From Acidobacteriota bacterium (lineage in GTDB: Bacteria; Acidobacteriota; UBA890; WLXD01): 64,000 nucleotides of DNA. The stretch covers positions 2,688,001 to 2,752,000 of the forward strand of contig CBDBHB010000009.1 of NCBI GenBank assembly GCA_965205505.1, written 5' to 3'. Position 1 is the first letter of the stretch, and each line of letters opens with the position of its first letter. A program made the position numbers and the translations under genes. The notes under the pieces are model-generated. The model was not told where the DNA came from, ran no database searches, and saw only the letters and a list, made by a program, of their open reading frames with translations. Shown here in pieces: positions 31,520 to 43,210 of the stretch.

Positions 31520-32833
31520 TCAGCGTAGCTGGCGGGCCGACTCTACCCAGTTTTCGCGAACGATTCGCTTGGCGTTCGTATCGAGTCCCTTGGCGATGCG
31601 TTCGATGTCGTCGGGCGTCCACTGAGCGATCTGCCCGAAGTGCGTGACCCCGATCTTGTTCAGCAGCAGCTCGAAGATCGGTCCAATCCCTCGTATTAGC
31701 TTGAGGTCGTCGCGGTCCGATTGGGGAAGCGGCGGATGTCGCTGTTCCTCGAGGTCGGCCAGCCGACGACGATACGCGACGATCTGCGAGTCGCGCTCGG
31801 CGAGCGCTTCCCGCCAGCGCTCGCTGTCGCCAGTACCTGCCTTTCGTGATTCGAGCTCCTTGCGGATCGACAGGGCGTCGCGGGCCTCACCGCGTAGCGT
31901 TTCGAGCTCCCGTTGAAGGTTCTCCACCACGGATCGGTGCACCGTCTCTTGCTTTCGGTTGCGCTCGATTTGTCGCTGCAGCTTGCGCGCTGACTCGTCC
32001 TGCTCCCGCTGTAGCCGGGCTGTGCTGGCGGTGCTATCGGTGAGCGCGCTGTCGGCACGTCGCTGCTCGCGGTGCGCCGTTTCGAGCTCGGCACGCAGGT
32101 CGTTGACGCGGGTGCGGAGCTCGTTGATACGTATCTCGCGCATGTTCAGTTGCTCTTGCAGCGCCCCGGATGTGGTCTCCTGTGCCGGAGACGACTCGGG
32201 CGCCGCTGCCGCCTCGAGCTCCTTAAACTTCGCCTCACTGCATCGCAGCTGTTCCTCGAGAGGCTCGAGCTCGATCATGCGGCCTTCCAGCTTGACGATA
32301 TGCGCAGCACGCTCATCGACGGCGCTCCGAAGGCTCCCGACCTCTGAGCGTAGGGAGACCAGTGCCGACGCTTTCTCGCGTAGCTCCGTTTCTACTGCGG
32401 CGCGCAATCGGCGCTCGTTGGCGAGGTCGGCACGGGCATCCCGCCGTTGCCGCGCGTCCTCGAGAACCTCCACCGCGGCTCCGCCCCGCGGGCGCTCGGG
32501 AATCGTTTCGGGTACCGGTTGACTCATCGCTGCCGCCAGCTGCGCCCGCCCCCGCGGGGCCTCCGGCGTGGCGGCCGTTGTTGTCTCGTCGAGCTTGGCC
32601 TCGAGGCTCCGGTTCGTGTTCTCCAGCGCGTCGCTGCGCGACCGCAGGCTCTCCACTTGCCGAGACAAACCCGACAGCTCGCGGTCTTTGACATCGACCG
32701 TAGCGCTGAGGGTCTGGCGCAGATCTTCAGCCTGGTCGGTATCACGGAACCCCCGCATCGACCAGCCGAGGAACCAACCGGCCAGCGCGGCGAGCAGCAA
32801 GCACAGACCGATCTGTAGCAATAGCCAAATCAT
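31520..32833 (-). CDS. Membrane-anchored coiled-coil protein with C-terminal helix-hairpin-helix domain
   Basis: N-terminal TM, long coiled coil, DDLKLIRGIGPIFE..LNKIGVTHFGQIAQWT...RIVRENWVESA. Confidence 0.75.
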   Translation of the reverse strand: MIWLLLQIGLCLLLAALAGWFLGWSMRGFRDTDQAEDLRQTLSATVDVKDRELSGLSRQVESLRSRSDALENTNRSLEAKLDETTTAATPEAPRGRAQLAAAMSQPVPETIPERPRGGAAVEVLEDARQRRDARADLANERRLRAAVETELREKASALVSLRSEVGSLRSAVDERAAHIVKLEGRMIELEPLEEQLRCSEAKFKELEAAAAPESSPAQETTSGALQEQLNMREIRINELRTRVNDLRAELETAHREQRRADSALTDSTASTARLQREQDESARKLQRQIERNRKQETVHRSVVENLQRELETLRGEARDALSIRKELESRKAGTGDSERWREALAERDSQIVAYRRRLADLEEQRHPPLPQSDRDDLKLIRGIGPIFELLLNKIGVTHFGQIAQWTPDDIERIAKGLDTNAKRIVRENWVESARQLR

Positions 32834-33528
32834 GCGTCGCCTCCGCCGGCTGCGCCGCCACGGGCGTTGAACAGTTCGAAGCGCCAGTGTAGCCCGGGGA
32901 TCGACGCCGCTAATTCGTCGATGCGTCGTCGCTCAGCATTGCCGCGTACGCGTCCGCCGAGGATGGCCTGGTCGCCACGGACGCTGAGCCGGCCCGTATC
33001 CGACAGGGCGTTCATGATCCGCACCAATGCGTTGGCATTGAGCATCCAATCGTTCGGTTCGAGCTGGTTATCGATGCGCAGGTCGGAGCGCACGCGGCCG
33101 GCGCCGAATATATGTTCCGCGGCGACGACGAGGTTCTGTGCGTCGGTGTCGGACACACGTCCGGAGACGACGAGCATCGAGCCCAGTCGCTGCAGTCGCA
33201 GTTCGGCAAGCGCCACGCGACGCGGCGTGGGCGTGGACGCGATCACTCGCTCGACGACGAGCCGGTCGCGCACCGCACGCACACCGGGCACGGCGCCGAC
33301 GATCGCGACGATGCGTTCAGCCTGGTCGCTCGACGGCACGAAGCCACCCAGGACCGCGTCGCGACCGTCGAATTTCAGTCCATAGTAGGCAACGCCGGCG
33401 CTGGCCAGTGCGGCCTGCGTACGCCTTAGTAGGTCGGCCTGGATGCCGCCCACCGTTACCACGACACTCAGGATCAGGGTCCCGATGAGCATGAGTGTGA
33501 TGGTACCGAACCGCGCCCGCTCTCTCAT
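32830..33528 (-). CDS. BON-domain membrane protein
   Basis: N-terminal TM; FDGRDAVLGG..VPGVRAVRDRL; repeated BON-like units. Confidence 0.7.
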   Translation of the reverse strand: MRERARFGTITLMLIGTLILSVVVTVGGIQADLLRRTQAALASAGVAYYGLKFDGRDAVLGGFVPSSDQAERIVAIVGAVPGVRAVRDRLVVERVIASTPTPRRVALAELRLQRLGSMLVVSGRVSDTDAQNLVVAAEHIFGAGRVRSDLRIDNQLEPNDWMLNANALVRIMNALSDTGRLSVRGDQAILGGRVRGNAERRRIDELAASIPGLHWRFELFNARGGAAGGGDA

Positions 33529-33938
33529 GGCGATACCTCAGGCTCGGCGAGCTCCAAAGCCCGGCGGCGCCCAGGCAACATCAATCCGGCGGCCAGGAGC
33601 GCCAGCCCGGCGCCCAGCGCCGCCGCAAGCAGCATCAGCTGTGCGGGAGTCACGCCCTCGTGGTTGTTGAAGCGGATTCTGAGCTCGTCAGGGTCAACCG
33701 GAACATGCCCCGGTCCTTGGCGTAACTCGCCGTCCTGGGCCACCTGCAACAGGGGCTGGTCCTGCAAATAGACTTCGACCCGCGAGCCCGCTTCGCCGAG
33801 GCTCGGGGCGTCCTCGAGCAACGGCCAATAGGCATCTTCACGTAGCGGGTTCGATACCTGTATGGCCATGGCTACCGCTATCGCCAGACAGACGCCGGCG
33901 GGCACCAGCAATGCGACTCTCGACGGCGTGCGACTCAT
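33525..33938 (-). CDS. Hypothetical two-TM membrane protein
   Basis: ATGA-coupled to the BON gene; two hydrophobic segments. Confidence 0.65.
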   Translation of the reverse strand: MSRTPSRVALLVPAGVCLAIAVAMAIQVSNPLREDAYWPLLEDAPSLGEAGSRVEVYLQDQPLLQVAQDGELRQGPGHVPVDPDELRIRFNNHEGVTPAQLMLLAAALGAGLALLAAGLMLPGRRRALELAEPEVSP

Positions 33939-33943
33939 CGGCC

Positions 33944-34222
33944 CTAGCAGGCCGTGGTGAAAGTGTGGTGGGTCTGGTTACGGCGAGTTGGGGCCAGATG
34001 CAAGGCGGCCTGACACGGGCGATACCCTAGCCATCGTCGAGGAAGGCCAACGCTGCAGATGGCCCCAACTCGCCGTAACCCTTCGGGCGACAGGGGGTTG
34101 CGCGCGTATGCTGCGTCGTTCCTCGTCAACGATGGGGTAACCATCGCCTCCTCCTCTCTCCTTGCCTCCACTTCGCAAGACCCTGTCGCCAGATCCACCG
34201 CACTTTCACCACGGCCTGCTAG
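33944..34222. repeat. Family-A 279-bp MITE-like element
   Basis: CTAGCAGGCCGTGGTGAAAGTG...CACTTTCACCACGGCCTGCTAG; two internal stem-loop arms; central CCCTTCGGG. Confidence 0.92.
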
Positions 34223-34477
34223 CCCCTTCAGTGTCCAATCCATGGGATTCTGACCACCCTTGTACCTTATCCGACTCGGGACCGTTTTTCCTGGCGTCCG
34301 GCCGTACGCAGCGTCGCGCGTCCGCCTGTTCGCCGCCACCGAACAGCGAACAATTACAGGGAAAAGTCCGTACAATGAGGTTTTCCGCGAGTCGGAAGCC
34401 CTACGGACTGGCTGGTGCCGGCGATCGTCGTGGCTCTGCCTCGGACGGAAGATCCAGCCAGGCCGCAGGAGCAGGTG

Positions 34478-35905
<1,428 letters not shown>

Positions 35906-35930
35906 GGCCACCGGTCGGACGTCGCGACGC

Positions 35931-36113
35931 TCAGTCGACGCAGGACCGATACCAGCCGCACGCTAAGCAAATTTGCTTGCAGTGCTGCTCATGAATCGCC
36001 TGAATGCCACACCAGGGGCACGGCCGCGGAGTGTTCACCGACGGATGCGTCTGCCAGTCGAAGCTCTCTTCAGCCTCTGGTTGTTTTTTCAGCTGCGGCT
36101 CGGTAACGCTCAC
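35931..36113 (-). CDS. Small zinc-ribbon protein (60 aa)
   Basis: CPWCG...HCKQICLACGWYRSCVD; GTGA overlap with the SDR stop. Confidence 0.65.
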   Translation of the reverse strand: MSVTEPQLKKQPEAEESFDWQTHPSVNTPRPCPWCGIQAIHEQHCKQICLACGWYRSCVD

Positions 36114-36787
36114 CACGGAAGCTCTTTCCCGGAGAAATCGAAGAAGCCGCCGTTGTCGTCGTCGCCGAGTCCGTCGATCAGGCGAACAAGCCCGGCCGCG
36201 CTCTCGCGAATCGACGTCGGAGCGGCCGACCCTCCCATGTCCGTTTGCACCCATCCGGGGTGCAGAACGGCGCATATGAAGCCCTCTTCGGCCAGATCGA
36301 CCGACAGGCTGCGATTGAGCATATTGAGCGCCGCCTTGCTGGCCCGGTACGCATAGGAACCACCGCTGGTGTTGTCGCTGATGCTGCCCATCCGGCTCGT
36401 GAGGTGCATTACCTTGCGTGCTTTGCCGCGGCGTAGATGCGGCAACAGAGCTTCGGTGACGCGCATCGCTCCGACCGCGTTGGTATCGAAAAACCGCAAC
36501 ATCTTGTCGAAGTCGAGGTCGCCGAGCGGCCGGCCCCGGACACCGACACCGGCGTTGTTCACCAGCACGTCGAGAGCGCCAGGCTCCAGAGCTGCCGCGA
36601 GTCCGCCAACCTGGTCGGCGTTGGTGACATCGAGTGGCTCGACGCGTACGTCGAGGGAGCGCAACTCATCGGCCGCATCGGGGTTGCGGGCCGTCGCCAC
36701 GACCCGATCGCCTCGCTGCGACATCTGACGTGCGATCTCGAGCCCGACGCCGCGATTGGCACCGGTGATCAGAACATCCAAAGCCAT
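36110..36787 (-). CDS. Short-chain dehydrogenase/reductase (C-factor-like)
   Basis: TGANRGVG, NNAG, SSRMGSI-like, YRASKAALN, HPGWVQTDMGG. Confidence 0.92.
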   Translation of the reverse strand: MALDVLITGANRGVGLEIARQMSQRGDRVVATARNPDAADELRSLDVRVEPLDVTNADQVGGLAAALEPGALDVLVNNAGVGVRGRPLGDLDFDKMLRFFDTNAVGAMRVTEALLPHLRRGKARKVMHLTSRMGSISDNTSGGSYAYRASKAALNMLNRSLSVDLAEEGFICAVLHPGWVQTDMGGSAAPTSIRESAAGLVRLIDGLGDDDNGGFFDFSGKELPW

Positions 36788-36894
36788 TGTTCACCCTCCC
36801 AGTCGACTCACGGCGCCATAACTCCACCCCGCTGTGCCGTTGCAAGGCTCCAGTTTATTGCCCGTCCGCCGACGGCACTACAGGGGGCGGCCGG

Positions 36895-37992
36895 CTAATC
36901 GACGAGCTCGAAGAGGCGCATTTGTGGCAACGAGCTCGCTTGCGCCTCGGCGCCCTCGGGAAGCTCCTCGAGCCTCCCGAGGTTGGCGACCCCGAGCCCG
37001 ATCAGGCGGATTCCGGTCCCCGGTTGCAGCTCAACACGGCGGGCCAGCTGACGCGCGATGGTGCGTAGCTCCTCGCTGCTGCGTACCGGGTCGCCGGGCG
37101 TCAGCGAGCGAGTCACGGTGCGAAAGTCATGGAAACGTACCTTGAGCACGACGGTACGCGCCCAGAGGTCTCGACGCTCCAGCGATGCAGAGATTTGCTC
37201 GGCGAAGCGACGAACATGCGGGGCCGCCTCTCGCCAGCTGCGGATGTCCCGGTCGAACGTGGTCTCGGCGGAGATTGACTTCGGTCGCCCCGGCTTGGAC
37301 ACCGGTCGCGTATCAATGCCGCGCGCCAGCTCGCCGATGCGCACACCGCTCTTGCCCAGGAGCTCCCGTAGCCGCTCCGCATCGGCGGCGGCCAAGTCGC
37401 CGATGCGCGGCAGCCCGGCGTCTCGTAGCCGCGATGCGGTGGAAGGCCCGATACCCCAGATGCGATCGACGTCGAGCGGGGCGAGGAAATCGACCGCATC
37501 CGCATCGGCGATTTCCGTCAGCCCGTCCGGCTTGTCGTAATCGGAGGCGAGCTTGGCCAGGAACTTGTTGCTTGCCACGCCAGCCGAGACTGTCAGTCCG
37601 GATCGGGCAAGAACATCCCGGCGGATGATCGCGGCAATCTCGACGCCGCGTTCGCGGCGCTCCGAGACATCGAGGTAGGCCTCGTCGAGAGACAGTGGCT
37701 GCATGAGGTCCGTCCACTCTCGGTAGATCTCGAACACCAACCGCGACAGCTCACGGTAACGGTCGAATCGGGGCCGCAGATAGATTCCGTCCGGACAGCG
37801 GCGCCGAGCAATCGCCATCGGTAGTGCCGAGTGAACACCGATGGCGCGCGCCTCGTACGAGGCCGATGCCACAACGCCGCGCCGTCCGAGGCCGCCGACG
37901 ATGACCGGCTTGCCGGCAAGTTGCGGATCGTCGAGAACCTCGACGGAGGGGTAGAAGGCATCGAGGTCCAGGTGCAGGATCTTTCTCGACAT
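36895..37992 (-). CDS. dinB: DNA polymerase IV
   Basis: HLDLDAFYPSVE, SASYEAR, SLDEAYLD, NKFLAKLASD..KPDG, WGIGP. Confidence 0.95.
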   Translation of the reverse strand: MSRKILHLDLDAFYPSVEVLDDPQLAGKPVIVGGLGRRGVVASASYEARAIGVHSALPMAIARRRCPDGIYLRPRFDRYRELSRLVFEIYREWTDLMQPLSLDEAYLDVSERRERGVEIAAIIRRDVLARSGLTVSAGVASNKFLAKLASDYDKPDGLTEIADADAVDFLAPLDVDRIWGIGPSTASRLRDAGLPRIGDLAAADAERLRELLGKSGVRIGELARGIDTRPVSKPGRPKSISAETTFDRDIRSWREAAPHVRRFAEQISASLERRDLWARTVVLKVRFHDFRTVTRSLTPGDPVRSSEELRTIARQLARRVELQPGTGIRLIGLGVANLGRLEELPEGAEAQASSLPQMRLFELVD

Positions 37993-38027
37993 GGGCATCG
38001 CCATCGTATCAACGAGTGGATGCGGAC

Positions 38028-39103
38028 ATGATGAATCTGGACGACCTCCCGACACCGGCGCTAATCGTCGACCTTGACAAGCTCGAGGGCAACATCAGCT
38101 CGATGGCCGGGCGCGCACGGCAGCTCGGCGTGTCGCTGCGTCCCCACGTCAAGACCCACAAGTGCATCGAGATCGGCAAGCTGCAAGTGGATGCGGGCGC
38201 GGGCGGAATCACCGCAGCGACGCTTTACGAAGCCGAGGTATTTGCCGATGCTGGATTCGACGACATCACCTGGGCGTTCCCGCTGATTCTGTCGCGCATT
38301 CCGCAAGCGCTGGTGCTGGCGCAGCGCGTTGAGCTCGGTGTTGTCGTTGACTCCATGCATGCGGCGCAGGCGCTGGCAGCAACCAAGCATCCGTTCAAGA
38401 CCTGGATCAAGGTCGATTGCGGCTACGGTCGTTCCGGCATCGATCCTGCCGCCGACATGGCCGAACGTCTCGTCGGCCTGATCGAGGCCGAGCGACTGCG
38501 CTTCGCCGGCCTGTTGTCTCATTCCGGCGATGCCTACGATCACGACACCGTCGAGGGGCGTGCCGCCGCCGCCGAGCAGGAGCGCCGGGTCCAGGTTGAG
38601 GTTGCTGACCGACTTCGCGCGGCGGGCTACGAAGTTCCAGCGCTTAGCGTGGGCTCGACCCCATCGATGACCGCGGTCCGCGACCTCGATGGGGTTACCG
38701 AGGCACGCGCCGGCAACTACGCGTACTTCGACCTGATGCAGGTGCGTCTGGGCTCGTGCACCGTGGCCGAATGTGCCCTGACAGTTGTCAGCAGCGTGGT
38801 CTCGTCGAGTCGTGACCACGCGGTTGTCGACGCCGCGCGTTGGCCCTCTCCCAGGATCCCGGCCTTCCACCTGCGAGCATGGGCGCGATCTACGAAGACT
38901 ACGAGGCCGGGACCCTCGATGACGATCTGCAGGTCGTCTCATTGAGCCAAGAGCACGGCAAGCTGTCGCAGCCTCGACCAGTCGGCAGACGTCTCCGGAT
39001 CCTACCGAACCACGCCGGTCTGACCGCCGCATGCTTTCCCGAGTGCTACGTGGTACGCGGACAGCGTGTAGTCGATCGGTGGCGGGTATGGAACGGACGC
39101 TAG
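38028..39103 (+). pseudogene. DSD1/D-threonine-aldolase-family PLP enzyme (frameshift near 38835)
   Basis: LPTPAL, LRPHVKTHK, SVGSTPS, RAGNY, LSQEHG, ILPNHA; VVDA[G]ALAL broken by a 1-nt loss. Confidence 0.82.
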
Positions 39104-39366
39104 CAGGCTGTCCGACTGCACCGCAGGCGGTGCAAACCGCTCAGAGTCCCCCGCTGGCGCACGACCTGCCCGAGGACCGTCGCTTTTCAACAACGGTTTC
39201 CACAAGTTCAGTGAACAACGGGTTCACCGGATAAATCGACAGGATCCAGAGAATTATCCTGCACCAGACGAAGAGGTCGCCGTCGCCAACGGAGTATCGT
39301 GATCCTGGAGCTCAGGCACCGGCTCGGGGCCGAGCCAGGATCACCGCAACCAGGAACCGAGGCAAC

Positions 39367-41357
39367 TTGTATCGACAGCCGGGATTGGGAGCGGCCAGTA
39401 GCTCGCTTCTCTTGTTTGCATTAGCGACGTGGGCCATGACATCGGGCCACTCACTCGCCGAGCAGGAGGAGGTCGAGGTACGACATCCGCTCGACCCACT
39501 CACGGAGCGCGAGTACACCACCGTTAGGCTCGGCCTGAGACGCAGTGAGCATGTCGGCCCGATGGCGCGCTATCCGTTGGTCACTCTCCACGAGCCACCG
39601 AAGGCGGACGTCCTGCGATGGCAGTCCGGCGAGACCATCGACCGACCGCAAGGCGTTCGTGATTGTCAAGCAACGCCGGCGCCGTGGTCGACGCAGCCAG
39701 CAGCGAAGTGCTGTCGTGGACTCCGATCGAGGGTGTGCAGCCCGGCGTACTCATGACCGAGGAATGGAGCCTGGCCGTAGCGTTGGTGCTCAGGGATCCC
39801 GAGTGGCAGGCGGCAATCGGCGCACGAGGGATCACGGATCTGCGGCGTGTTGTCTGCACTCCGCTGACGGTGGGCAACTTCGGCCCCCAAGAGCACCCGC
39901 GCCGGCGGCTCGCCAAGGTCATCTGCTTTGACGCCCGCGGCATAGGCAACTACTGGGGACGGCCGATCGAAGGGCTGATTGCGACCGTCGATCTGGTCAA
40001 GCGCACCGTCGAGCTAGTTGACACCGGGACCGTCCCGATGCCGCAATCCCCCGTAGACCTCGCCGGCGAATCCGTGGGCGAGCTCCGGACGCCACCGAAT
40101 CCGGTCGAGGCAACGCAGCCTCTGGGGCCGAGCTTCGAGCTCGATGGGCAGCGTGAGCTGGCAGAAGTGGCGTTTCCACTTCCGCATCGATCCACGCCTG
40201 GGTCCGGTGATCTCCACGGTGCGATACGAGGACGGCGGCAGGCTGCGGTCGATTCTGTACCAGGGCTCGCTATCGGAGCTGTTCGTTCCCTACATGTCGC
40301 CGGACGAGGGTTGGTACTTCAGAACCTACATGGGCGCCGGTGAGTACGGCGTGGGGAAGCTGGCATCGCCCCTCGAGCCAAACCTGGACTGCCCGCCCTG
40401 GGCAACCTTCTTTGATGCGGTGTTCGCCGACGACTGGGGTGATCCTTACACGACGCCACGCGCCGTCTGTCTGTTCGAGCGCAGTGCAGGCGATGTCGCC
40501 TGGCGGCACTACGAATCAGTCACTGGGCGCACGGAGGTCCGCAGGCGCACCGACCTGGTCCTGCGCTTCGTTCCCGCGGTCGGCAACTACGATTACGTGA
40601 TCGACTGGGTGTTCCGGCAGGACGGCACGCTGCAGGTGGACCTGGGCGCCAGCGGGATCGCCCAGGTCAAAGCGGTGGAAAGCCGGACGCTGGCCGAGGA
40701 TGAAGAGGGCCGCGACACCGCTTACGGACGCATGGTGGCGGAGCACACAGTTGCCATAAGCCACGACCACTTCTTCTCGTTCCGGCTCGACCTGGATGTC
40801 GACGGTACGGACAACAGCTTCCTGGTGGACCGCCTGCGGACGGTGAGGCCGCCGGGCGACACTCGGCGCCGAAGCGTCTGGGTGGTCGAGCCGGCGATCG
40901 CCGAATCCGAACATGCCGCAAGGATGCGAATCGACCTCGAGCGGCCGGCCCTGTGGCGGGTCATCAACCCCAACGTCCATGGGCCGCTCGGTTACCCGGT
41001 GAGCTACGAGCTGAAGCCACAGGCGAACGCCGTGTCGCTGATGAAGCCAAACGATCCTCCGCAGCGACGCGCCGGGTTCACCGACTTCCACGTCTGGGTA
41101 ACTCCCTACGAACCGGACGAGCTCTACGCTGCCGGCCGCTACCCGAACCAGAGCCCAGGCGGGAGTGGCCTCCCCGAGTGGACGAGCGCGGATCGGCAGA
41201 TTCGCAATACGGATCTGGTCGTCTGGTACACCATGTGGTCCGCGCCGAGGACTGGGCCGTGCTACCCACGACGCGGGGCGGCTTCGAGTTGCGGCCCTTT
41301 GACTTCTTCCCACGTAACCCGGCTCTCGACATTCCCGAACAGACCAAACAGAACTGA
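39367..41357 (+). pseudogene. tynA: Copper amine oxidase (TynA-like), multiply frameshifted or deleted
   Basis: HPLDPLT, GSLSELFVPY, TPQ motif GNYDY, HDHFF, VWYT..HVVRAEDW; four reading frames, with a deletion in the WYT-x-HH segment. Confidence 0.85.
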
Positions 41358-41451
41358 CGCGGGCCGCAAAATCGAGGCACGAGCGATGCAGGACGAAAGC
41401 GAGCAGCGAGCAGATCTTGGGGCAAGGAAGCTACAGTGTGCGCCGATCACG

Positions 41452-41620
41452 ATGGCGCTCCTGGTGCTCGTTCTCACGGCCGGCGTGGCCCACTCGCACG
41501 ACATATGGCTTCATGCCGACAGATTTCGGCTCGACGTCGGCGACACGCTGATCGTCCGGCAGCTACTCGGCGAGGAGCTCGACACCGACCTGTCGCGACC
41601 CGAGGCTACGCAGGAGCTGC
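41452..41620 (+). pseudogene. 5' fragment of a DUF4198-type secreted protein fused to an unrelated 3' fragment
   Basis: MALLVLVLTAGVAHSHDIWLHADRFRLDVGD..LLGE: signal peptide plus HDxW, typical of DUF4198 N-termini. Confidence 0.6.
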
Positions 41621-41902
41621 ACAAAGTCAAGAACGTAAGCGAGAGCTCCCTGGCCAGATTCATGGACAGGGGCGCGTGCCGGTTGACCGCATGCGCGTCC
41701 AACGAGGTTGATGGGGACGACGTCATCACGCAGTACGTCTTCTTGCCGGGTGGCTCGTGCGATGCCACCGACGCCAACGACGACGGCTGGTGCGATGCTA
41801 CTGGCGCTCCGAGCGAAGTTCCCGCTGCGCTGAGCGCGGTCGGCATAACGCCCGCGTGCACGCCCTCGCACTGAGTAGGCGTAAGCGTATCCGGGGCGTG
41901 GC

Positions 41903-42544
41903 CTAGTCCAGTTCGAAGCTGTAGGCGGTCCAGGCGCTCTCCCAGTCGGCGTCTTCGCACTCGCCGTCCGTGCGCCCGGAGCACGGCCTCATGTTGACGA
42001 GGCGAACGAGCCATAGCCCCGCACCCGCGAGGTTGAAGCGCGCGATGCCTTCGGCGTCGGTGTGGGCCTGCTGCCTCGAAACTGGCGCGCCGCGTCCGGC
42101 GTTGAAGGCGTTCACCAGCTGGCCCTCGACCGGGGTTCCGTGCGCCAGCACCTGGACCTCGAGTGTATCGCCAGGGTCCAGGCGGTACGGGTTCTGTAGC
42201 AGCACGATCTCGATCCTCTGACCCAGGACCTGCCTGTGTAGCTCGCTCGGGATCGCGTCGGCGCCATCGCCTCCGACCTGCACAAGGCACTTGAGGGTGC
42301 GGACGTAGGCCTCAGTCTGTTCGGTCCTCGATCCCATCGCCCGCCGGTGTTCCTCAGTGTCGACGGCCTCGTGCTCCAGATACTCGACGAACTCCTCGTT
42401 GGTGAACTCGCTATAGATAGGGTAGTGCTCCATGGTCACCAGGGCCAGGCCCTCAAAGCCTACCGGGCGCTCGATTACCGGCGTGAGAGTGGTGCGATCC
42501 TGTATGTCCGCCAGCAGGTCGACCGCCCCCTGGTCGGTGATCAT
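41903..42544 (-). pseudogene. 3' part of a DUF4198-type protein (no signal peptide)
   Basis: FVEYLEHE, EAYVRTLKCLVQVG, LGQRIEIVLLQNPY, TDAEGIARF, GLWLV..V.M, DWESAWTAYSF. Confidence 0.72.
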
Positions 42545-42748
42545 CGCGGCCTATTCTGTACCCGCTGAGCGTGCCTGGGCTGATGCCGAGCTCGCCGGCG
42601 AGAGTGCGCATGGAGGCCGGGTGATCGTCGATGAGGTCGCCGAGGTAGCCGCCGAACTGCCGGAGAGGGTAGGCGAGAGGGCGGGCGTACCCAAAGACGT
42701 AGTCGACACCTTCTGGCTCGTGAGCCTGGACCAACAGCGCGGCGGCGT

Positions 42749-43210
42749 TTATCGGTCCTGCTCGCCGTGCGACCCTGTCCGAAGCGTTTGGATCGGCATC
42801 CGAGCGGCGTCTGCGTGCTGGATGCGGCCGCTTCGTAGCAGCGCCACCATGTGCGCGTTGGGCGGCGGGACAGCGTAGTCGCTCAGGTCGCGTAGTGGCA
42901 CCCAGCGGATCTGCCGGTGCACGCGCGGCTGTGGCGTGTCGGTGATCTTGGCGTCGAAGAAACGCAACCAGACGTGCTTCTCGGGATAGGTGTGCCGCGC
43001 CTCGGCGAGCTGACGACCGATCTGCGATGCTACGCCGAGCTCTTCGCGAAGCTCGCGCAGCAATGCTGCCCCCGGAGTCTCGTTGGCCTCGATCTTGCCA
43101 CCTGGAAACTCCCAAAGGAGGGGCAGGTGATCGCCGTCGTGGCGCTGACACAGCAACACGCGATCCCTTTCCATGACCACCGCTGCTACGACCTCGATCA
43201 CGTCGCTCAT
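42749..43210 (-). CDS. NUDIX hydrolase (MutT/NudG-like)
   Basis: WEFPGGKIEANETPGAALLRELREELG Nudix box. Confidence 0.9.
   Translation of the reverse strand: MSDVIEVVAAVVMERDRVLLCQRHDGDHLPLLWEFPGGKIEANETPGAALLRELREELGVASQIGRQLAEARHTYPEKHVWLRFFDAKITDTPQPRVHRQIRWVPLRDLSDYAVPPPNAHMVALLRSGRIQHADAARMPIQTLRTGSHGEQDR

Noticed and set aside
33944-34375. ORFs within the repeats (33944-34375, 27299-27643, 49879-50166, 57420-57665, and N-terminal extensions of cphB and cysS)
   Set aside because: They are translations of the palindromic repeat, not independent genes.
40144-41874. 576-aa amine oxidase fusion ORF as a novel multidomain protein
   Set aside because: Read-through created by the deletion near 41232 joining fragments of three genes.
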